A stretch of DNA of 32,000 nt from an uncultured Lentisphaeria bacterium. Lineage in GTDB: Bacteria; Verrucomicrobiota; Lentisphaeria; JABSQK01; JAJFLO01. Both the position numbers and the translations under genes were made by a program. Shown in pieces: positions 26,391-32,000 of this stretch; within the stretch, counting starts at the first letter, position 1, and each line of letters opens with the position of its first letter. The notes below the pieces were generated by a model. The model was not told the origin of the DNA, made no database searches, and was given only the letters and a program-made list of their open reading frames with translations. The stretch spans positions 90,001-122,000 of the forward strand of contig OX638337.1 of NCBI GenBank assembly GCA_951812855.1, in the 5' to 3' direction.

Positions 26391-27776
26391 TTAGTCTGCA
26401 GGACCGACCATATTTTCTGGACGAACCCATTCATTAAATTCTTCTTCGGTTAGAAATTCAAGTTCGAGTGCTGTTTCTTTCAGCGTCTTATCCTCTCTCC
26501 AGGCTTTTAAGGCGATTTGTGCTGCTTTGTCATAACCAATATGTTTATTCAGCGAGGTTACGAGCATTAAAGAATTATTTAGATGTTCATTTATTCGCTT
26601 TTGATTCGGATCTATGTCTACAACACATTTGTCGTTAAATGACTGACATGCATCAGCTGACAAATTTATTGATTGAATCAGCGAATACGCAAGGAGCGGT
26701 TTAAATACATTCAATTCAAAATTTCCCATTGATCCGGCCATGCTGATTGTCGTATCATTTCCATAGATCTGACAGACGACCATGGTCATCATTTCACACT
26801 GCGTTGGATTAACTTTTCCAGGCATTATAGAACTGCCGGGTTCATTGGCAGGCAAGTTTAATTCACCTAAACCGCTGCGGGGTCCGCTTCCCAGCCAGCG
26901 AATATCATTTGCAATCTTCATCAATGCTGCAGCCAGAGTTTTCAAAGCTCCTGATGTTTCGACGACAGCATCATGGGCAGCCATTGTGGCAAATTTATTT
27001 TCAGCACTCCGAAATTCAACGCCGGTGATGCGACTTATTTCAGCTGCCATTTTATCGGGATAGGCTTTTTGGGTATTCAGACCGGTACCAACGGCGGTAC
27101 CGCCTACGCAAAGATCACTTAAATGAACGAGGGAATTTTCGAGGACTCTTTTTGCCTGTTTTAACTGGGCGGCATATCCGGAAAATTCCTGACCCAAGGT
27201 CAATGGTGTTGCATCCTGTAAATGTGTTCTGCCGATTTTCACAATATGTTTAAATGCATCTGCTTTTTTATCCAGAGTCTGGGTCAACAGTTCCAATGCC
27301 GGCAACAGCTTTTTATTAATCGCGATTACTCCGGCAATATGAATTGAGGCAGGGACTGTATCGTTGGTGGATTGTGCCATGTTCACATGGTCATTTGGAT
27401 GTACCGGAGATTTTGTACCGATTTGGCCGCCAAGAATTTCAATTGCCCGGTTTGCGATCACTTCGTTCACGTTCATATTTGATTGTGTGCCGCTGCCGCT
27501 TTGCCAGATGACCAGAGGGAAATGGTTATTGAGTTTACCGTCAATGACTTCATCTGCAGCTTGCTGAATTGCGTTGGATCGCTTAGGATCCAGTGATCCC
27601 AATGAGAGATTAACTATTGCTGCAGCTTTTTTTACAATTGCATGAGCCTTTATGAATTCATCCGGTAATCGTTCATTTCCAACTTTGAAATTTTGACAGG
27701 CACGTTGTGTTTGTGCTCCAAAATATTTGTCTTCAGGAACGAGAACTTCTCCCAATGCATCTTTTTCTCTTCGCAT
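26391..27776 (-). CDS. fumC: Fumarate hydratase, class II
   Basis: Lyase-1 signature [15 protein letters not shown], plus [14 protein letters not shown], and the typical length. The start is set at ATG 27776 ([11 protein letters not shown]...) rather than the upstream TTG at 27794. Confidence 0.95.
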   Translation of the reverse strand: MRREKDALGEVLVPEDKYFGAQTQRACQNFKVGNERLPDEFIKAHAIVKKAAAIVNLSLGSLDPKRSNAIQQAADEVIDGKLNNHFPLVIWQSGSGTQSNMNVNEVIANRAIEILGGQIGTKSPVHPNDHVNMAQSTNDTVPASIHIAGVIAINKKLLPALELLTQTLDKKADAFKHIVKIGRTHLQDATPLTLGQEFSGYAAQLKQAKRVLENSLVHLSDLCVGGTAVGTGLNTQKAYPDKMAAEISRITGVEFRSAENKFATMAAHDAVVETSGALKTLAAALMKIANDIRWLGSGPRSGLGELNLPANEPGSSIMPGKVNPTQCEMMTMVVCQIYGNDTTISMAGSMGNFELNVFKPLLAYSLIQSINLSADACQSFNDKCVVDIDPNQKRINEHLNNSLMLVTSLNKHIGYDKAAQIALKAWREDKTLKETALELEFLTEEEFNEWVRPENMVGPAD

Positions 27777-27879
27777 AATTACCCTCACAGTCAATTTACG
27801 TTTGTATTAGTATAGAGATAATGTCATAAAATGATCACCATGAAAGTTATCTTTATGGTAACATAGAATGGCGTGTCAA

Positions 27880-29562
27880 TTAAAATTCATCTGTAACACA
27901 TCCTTCAGATGCAGATGAAACTGTATTCGCATATTTTATCAAAATCCCTTGCTTTGTCTTTAACGGAGGTGCCTGCCAGTTACGGATTCGGCTGTTAATT
28001 TCGTCGTCTGTCAGATCAACATCGATAGAGTTTTTCTCTGCATCAATTGAAATTGTGTCTCCATTTTCAAGAATACTTAATAATCCGCCGGATTGTGCTT
28101 CCGGAGTAATATGGCCGACAACGAAGCCATGAGTACCACCCGAGAATCGTCCATCGGTAATTAACGCAACACTTTTTCCCAGGCCGGCCCCCATTATTGC
28201 AGCTGTAACTGCCAGCATTTCCCGCATTCCGGGTCCGCCTTTCGGACCTTCATATCGGATAACAACGACATCTCCTGCAATAACCTTGCCTTTTTCAATC
28301 GCACTTAAGCATTCTTCCTCTGAATTGTATACTTTAGCACTGCCTTTGAAGAACAATCCTTCTTTGCCTGTAATTTTGGCAACTGCACCGTCTTTGGCTA
28401 AATTTCCAAATAATATTTGGATATGGCCGGATTCTTTAATGGGATTGGCTGTCGGGAAAATAATACTCTGACCTTCCATTAACCCATCTACCGCATCGAG
28501 ATTTTCGGCCAGAGTTTTACCGGTCACCGTTAGGCATGATCCATCTAAAAACCCTTCTTCGAGTAAGCGTTTTTGAACCGCCGGTACACCACCTGCTTTA
28601 TGTAGTTCCGCCATAACATATTTACCGCTTGGCTTTAAATCCGCCAGACAGGGTGTTTTATCACTGATATTCTGAAAATCTGCAAGCGTAAGTTTTACAT
28701 TCACAGATTTCGCCATCGCAATTAAATGCATAACTGCGTTGGTCGATCCACCAAGTGCGATAACAATGGTAATCGCATTTTTAAATGCCGCACTCGTCAT
28801 GATGTCTCGGGGTTTAATGTCTTTTTCAAGAATATTTCGAATGGCGTTACCGATGTCTGAACATTCGGTTTGTTTTTCTTTAGAAATAGCCGGGTTTGAG
28901 GAGTTATAGGGCAAACTCATTCCCAGTGTTTCAATTGCTGATGCCATTGTATTGGCGGTATACATACCACCACATGCACCGGCACCGGGGCAGGCATTTT
29001 TCAGAACATTATCCAATTCGGCCAATTGAATATCACCGGTAACATAGTGACCATAGGCTTCAAACGCAGAAACAATGTCGAGTTTTGCACCGTCGTGAAA
29101 TCCAGGATGAATTGTACCGCCATAGATCATTATACCGGGTCTGTTTAGTCGTCCCATTGCCATAATTGAACCGGGCATATTTTTGTCACATCCGACAACC
29201 GAAATGTTAGCATCGTACCATTGAGCATTCATTACCGTTTCTATAGAATCCGCAATAATATCTCTGGAGGGGAGTGAATAATGCATTCCTTTCGTACCCA
29301 TAGAAATTCCATCGCTTACGCCAATTGTGTGAAAGGTAAGTCCGATCATTCCAGCATCGTAAACACTTTGTTTTATCGATTTTGCCAAATCATTTAAATG
29401 CATATTACATGGATTCCCTTCCCAGCCTGTACTGGCGATGCCAACCTGGGCTTTGTGCATATCTTCTTTGGTAAGTCCAATACCATAGAGCATGGCCTGT
29501 GATCCCACCTGTGATCGCTGTTCAGTTAAGCGAGCACTGTATCGATTAATTTTTATTGCCAT
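27880..29562 (-). CDS. ilvD: Dihydroxy-acid dehydratase
   Basis: 560 aa. CDKNMPG (Fe-S ligand region), [24 protein letters not shown]. Confidence 0.95.
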   Translation of the reverse strand: MAIKINRYSARLTEQRSQVGSQAMLYGIGLTKEDMHKAQVGIASTGWEGNPCNMHLNDLAKSIKQSVYDAGMIGLTFHTIGVSDGISMGTKGMHYSLPSRDIIADSIETVMNAQWYDANISVVGCDKNMPGSIMAMGRLNRPGIMIYGGTIHPGFHDGAKLDIVSAFEAYGHYVTGDIQLAELDNVLKNACPGAGACGGMYTANTMASAIETLGMSLPYNSSNPAISKEKQTECSDIGNAIRNILEKDIKPRDIMTSAAFKNAITIVIALGGSTNAVMHLIAMAKSVNVKLTLADFQNISDKTPCLADLKPSGKYVMAELHKAGGVPAVQKRLLEEGFLDGSCLTVTGKTLAENLDAVDGLMEGQSIIFPTANPIKESGHIQILFGNLAKDGAVAKITGKEGLFFKGSAKVYNSEEECLSAIEKGKVIAGDVVVIRYEGPKGGPGMREMLAVTAAIMGAGLGKSVALITDGRFSGGTHGFVVGHITPEAQSGGLLSILENGDTISIDAEKNSIDVDLTDDEINSRIRNWQAPPLKTKQGILIKYANTVSSASEGCVTDEF

Positions 29563-29745
29563 TTCATATCCTTTTTACTTGTGGATTCCCATTCTGACTA
29601 AAGAGGAATTACGATCTGGGATTAATAAATCATTTTCGCCTATCCATCGTATAATCGGCTCTACTATACATAACTTCCGTGCAAATTCATTTAATATTTA
29701 TGAAGAATCGGATGTTGATTAGAATTTGAACAGCACCATCAATTT

Positions 29746-29769
29746 TTGAACAAATTCGATTTTGTTCAA
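29746..29769. promoter_or_regulatory. Perfect 9-bp inverted repeat TTGAACAAA-n6-TTTGTTCAA (candidate operator) in the divergent ilvD / 3D-domain gene intergenic region
   Basis: Arms at 29746-29754 and 29761-29769 are exact reverse complements. A third TTGAACA half-site lies at 29726-29732. Located in a 424-nt divergent promoter region. No cognate regulator has been identified. Confidence 0.3.
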
Positions 29770-29986
29770 TGACTTCAAAACATGTGGAATCCTATGGAAA
29801 TAATTAATTATATTTCTGAAGAAGAATAAATTGTAACATGCTTTCATTCAAAATGTTGCAGTGTTTTTATTAATTGTGATTTGTGCAGATGTTCATTGGG
29901 TTTTTGCGTAAAAATCAGTGCTTTGGCATCTAATTTGCTAGATTGGTTTTTGTCATAACACTAAAATAACAAAACGGAGAAAAACC

Positions 29987-30376
29987 ATGAAACATGTCTG
30001 TTGTATAATCATCTTTGCTGTAATTTCCCATACCTGTGTGAGTGTATTCGGGAATACAACTGAATCAAAAAAACTTAAAAACTGGAAATCATTGAAAGTG
30101 TTGGCAACTGCCTACTGTCCCTGTAGGAAATGCTGTGGAAAATATGCAGATGGTGTCACTGCAATAGGTAAAAATGCATCGACAAAAGGGATTGCAGTTG
30201 ACAAAGAAATTATTCCACTTCGATCAATTGTACAAGTTCCAGGGTATGGAACCGTAATGGCTGATGATGTGGGTGGTGCAATAAAGAAAAAACATATAGA
30301 TATACGGTTTAACTCCCATAAAGAAGCACTGAACTGGGGACGAAAATATATAACCGTAAAATATCGGGTGCCGTGA
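29987..30376 (+). CDS. Secreted 3D (Asp-Asp-Asp) domain protein, MltA/RlpA-like barrel
   Basis: Signal peptide (CCIIIFAVISHTCVSVFG). ATAYCPC..CCGKYADGVTAIG...GIAVDKEIIPLRSIV.VPGYG..MADDVGGAIKKKHIDIRF follows the 3D-domain pattern. ACGGAG lies upstream of the ATG. Confidence 0.7.
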   Translation: MKHVCCIIIFAVISHTCVSVFGNTTESKKLKNWKSLKVLATAYCPCRKCCGKYADGVTAIGKNASTKGIAVDKEIIPLRSIVQVPGYGTVMADDVGGAIKKKHIDIRFNSHKEALNWGRKYITVKYRVP

Positions 30377-30404
30377 GAAATGCTGAAATCCCCCGAATTA
30401 AGAA

Positions 30405-30437
30405 CTCGAATGTGGTGATTTTTACACCATATTCGGG
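30405..30437. terminator. Stem-loop between convergent genes (possible bidirectional terminator)
   Basis: The core stem (30407-30417 with 30425-30435) has 11 pairs, one of them G-T. Pairs 30405/30437 and 30406/30436 (G-T) extend it to 13 bp. The loop is 7 nt (ATTTTTA). It lies between the 3D-domain gene stop (30376) and the ytxJ-like stop (30490). There is no clear U-tract, so confidence is modest. Confidence 0.35.
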
Positions 30438-30489
30438 TTCGGAAAGGACTGAATAGGGTGAGTCAGACTATTAAATTAAAAACAACAGT

Positions 30490-30825
30490 TCAGGATAATG
30501 CTTCACGCAGTGAATCGGGATTGATATTATAATGTGAAGCATTCCAAACAGCTTTTTCATTTTTGATAAGCAGTGCCTGGGGTGATTGATGGTCAATACC
30601 AAATCGTGATGTTATTTCATTTGACACATCTCTGAATTGTATCAGATCGAGGTGAGTAAATAGGACATCATCATTACAGTCTTCAATAAATTTCATATAA
30701 TTTGCTTGAGCTTTAAAACTTACTGGACAGTGCGTGCTGTGTTTAAATAAAAATACCGGTTTATTTAATGACTCGCATACCGCCTTGTCCAGATCATCGA
30801 TTGATTCAATATCCAGAATATTCAT
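30490..30825 (-). CDS. ytxJ: YtxJ-like thioredoxin-fold protein (DUF2847 / bacillithiol-system YtxJ family)
   Basis: 111 aa. FLFKHSTHCPVS (the single-Cys T-x-C-P-x-S motif of YtxJ), RDVSNEITSRFGIDHQSPQALLIKNEKAVWNASH. Confidence 0.75.
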   Translation of the reverse strand: MNILDIESIDDLDKAVCESLNKPVFLFKHSTHCPVSFKAQANYMKFIEDCNDDVLFTHLDLIQFRDVSNEITSRFGIDHQSPQALLIKNEKAVWNASHYNINPDSLREALS

Positions 30826-30930
30826 AATATTTTTCTTTCACTAAAATTAGAGGCAATTGATTCGTTGTTATTCTTAGTTTTCAAACTTACTTCTTAACGC
30901 ATTTATTCTAATCACTTTCGGTATTATGTC

Positions 30931-31220
30931 ATGAAAAAACTTGATTTTTTTCAAAAAATGAGTTGTGATGTTGAATCTGCAAGTGAAGGTCAAATGGCTG
31001 TTGACTATACAAAAAAGCTGTGGATAGTGGTGAATTATTTGACGCAGTGATATTAGATTTAACGGTGCTTGGAGGAATAGGCGGCGAACAAACACTGAAA
31101 GAGCTGCTTAATATTGATCCTCTCGTTAGAGCTGTCGTTTCAAGTGGTTATGCGAATGATCCAATCATGGCTGACTGTAAAAAATATGGATTTCAAGATG
31201 CAATCCCTAAACCGTATTAA
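30931..31220 (+). pseudogene. CheY-like receiver domain remnant, frameshifted at an A6 run and lacking the N-terminal acidic pocket
   Basis: Frame a (30931-31050) gives MKKLDFFQKMSCDVESASEGQMAVDYTKKLW...*. Frame b (31020-31220) gives VDSGELFDAVILDLTVLGGIGGEQTLKELLNIDPLVRAVVSSGYANDPIMADCKKYGFQDAIPKPY*. Joined at the A6 run (31011-31016), they give a receiver-like sequence with the phospho-acceptor D (ILDLT), S/T (VSSG) and K (KPY). The usual N-terminal ..VDDE.. is absent, and a TAA at 30892-30894 lies in frame 13 codons upstream of the ATG. Confidence 0.5.
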
Positions 31221-31559
31221 ATAAAAATTTTTAGGGATGTTGTGAAAAATGTTATATATAAAGAAATAGAATTCAGGATTAAATCGACACGATTGATTTT
31301 TCTAAATAGGCTCTTTTTGTTTTTGACTCGATTTCCACCAGGGTTTTCGTTAACTCCTTATTCTGAAGCAATACTCTTTTTGAGCAGGTGCCGGCTCTTA
31401 TTAATTCACGAATCAAAACAGTTGCATGTTGAAAACCGGTTTGTCAGCCACAACTAAATTCAGGAATACAAACACCCTGAATGGATAAGCTAATCGGGTT
31501 CGTTAAAGGGTAATCCAAATTGTCGAGTTACTTCACACGTTGAGTGGACGTAACTTAAT

Positions 31560-32000
31560 TCACTGCCCGGGTTTGATATAATTATCAATAAAATCTGCAG
31601 CTTCTGGAGGAATTGAGGTAAATTGAATCCGATAGGTATTTAAATCACTGTCTGTTTCAGAGAGAACTTTGCCATATATTTCAGCATCTCTGATACTGCC
31701 TTCAGGCATATCAATTTTAATTTTGATATTGGATAATGGAAGAATTGTTTCAGATGTTGTAACTTCAGCAGATTTTTCTGAAAGCTTGTTAATTTCGCCC
31801 CGACAGGTCGACTCACTGACATTTTTATCTTCAAGTATGAAATAAGTAATAGGCAATGATTCGTTGAGTTCTGTAAGAGTTTGAATGTTTTCGGGAATCT
31901 GTTTCTCCAGATTATTTTTTAAGCCGGTTATTTCGTAGATTGTTACAGAACGTTTGATTCCTTTAAGTTGAACTGTCGAACTGGATTTGACAATTGCACT
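31560..32000 (-). CDS. Class III adenylate/guanylate cyclase C-terminal end fused to a PilZ-like beta-barrel tail; the 5' part lies right of the window
   Basis: The minus-strand frame is open to nt 32000. My own translation begins SAIVKSSSTVQLKGIKRSVTIYEITG, the typical end of a class III cyclase catalytic domain (..lKG...pv.vYei.g). It is followed by ...CRGEINKLSEKSAEVTT...IKIKIDMP...AEIYGKVLSE...TYRIQFTSIPPEAADFIDNYI, which resembles a PilZ barrel but lacks the RxxxR motif. Confidence 0.5.
   Translation of the reverse strand, partial: SAIVKSSSTVQLKGIKRSVTIYEITGLKNNLEKQIPENIQTLTELNESLPITYFILEDKNVSESTCRGEINKLSEKSAEVTTSETILPLSNIKIKIDMPEGSIRDAEIYGKVLSETDSDLNTYRIQFTSIPPEAADFIDNYIKPGQ

Noticed and set aside
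605-28471. Many listed ORFs lie antisense to, or out of frame within, strongly recognised genes (for example 605-835, 1100-1333, 1330-1512, 2435-2734, 2805-2996, 2997-3281, 5196-5468, 6312-6656, 8820-9098, 12926-13120, 14742-14972, 15592-15984, 16989-17198, 18724-18993, 19516-19845, 21694-21912, 21803-22000, 21958-22152, 23112-23348, 25195-25428, 25263-25514, 26782-27063, 27364-27567, 28286-28471).
   Set aside because: These are shadow ORFs. Each is fully embedded in a gene with clear family motifs, has no recognisable motif of its own, and has an odd composition. They are not reported as features.
29492-29722. 76-aa plus-strand ORF overlapping the ilvD 5' end and its upstream region. ORFs 30874-31095 and 31242-31457 are similar cases.
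   Set aside because: They have no motifs and overlap better-supported features or promoter regions. 30874-31095 is antisense to the receiver remnant. The minus strand of 31250-31460 shows only faint, non-diagnostic protein-like fragments.
1-32000. Search for defence systems, toxin-antitoxin pairs, CRISPR-Cas, secretion systems, prophage or integron features.
   Set aside because: I recognised no nuclease, helicase, ATPase or methylase clusters, no repeat-spacer arrays, no integrase or tRNA boundary, and no small paired ORFs typical of TA modules. The only mobile-element-like gene is the lone HUH homologue.

Overview
AT-rich bacterial chromosomal window, densely coding on both strands and made up mostly of intact housekeeping genes. 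These are: an SDR-folB-folK pterin/folate cluster; a rhomboid protease plus pyrD; an S41 tail-specific protease; a sigma-70 family factor; argH plus a panE-like reductase; a same-strand haem/cytochrome c block (unknown tandem-domain lipoprotein, ccsB/resB, long-form ccsA, hemX-like ccsA paralogue, hemA); rpmA; an IS200/RAYT-like HUH transposase homologue; a TPR protein plus mutL; pgi; trpS; fumC; ilvD; a 3D-domain protein; and a YtxJ-like protein. The right edge cuts a class III nucleotidyl cyclase with a PilZ-like tail. I found no rRNA, tRNA, CRISPR array, prophage, or recognisable defence, toxin or secretion island, so this is core genome rather than an accessory island. Three things stand out. 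(1) The sigma-70 factor ends in a domain that closely resembles the RNA polymerase alpha-subunit C-terminal domain, which is an unusual fusion. (2) An unrecognised lipoprotein with a His/Asp-rich stretch and two copies of a ~140-aa domain sits directly upstream of the System II cytochrome c maturation genes. (3) At least four genes are decayed: a flippase-like membrane protein, an HDOD protein, a CheY-like receiver and a TPR/Sel1-like protein. All are signalling or envelope functions, while neighbouring metabolic genes keep long homopolymers in frame, which suggests real gene decay rather than sequencing error. Lineage cannot be assigned without a database search. All functional calls rest on motif and family recognition by eye, not on computed alignments.
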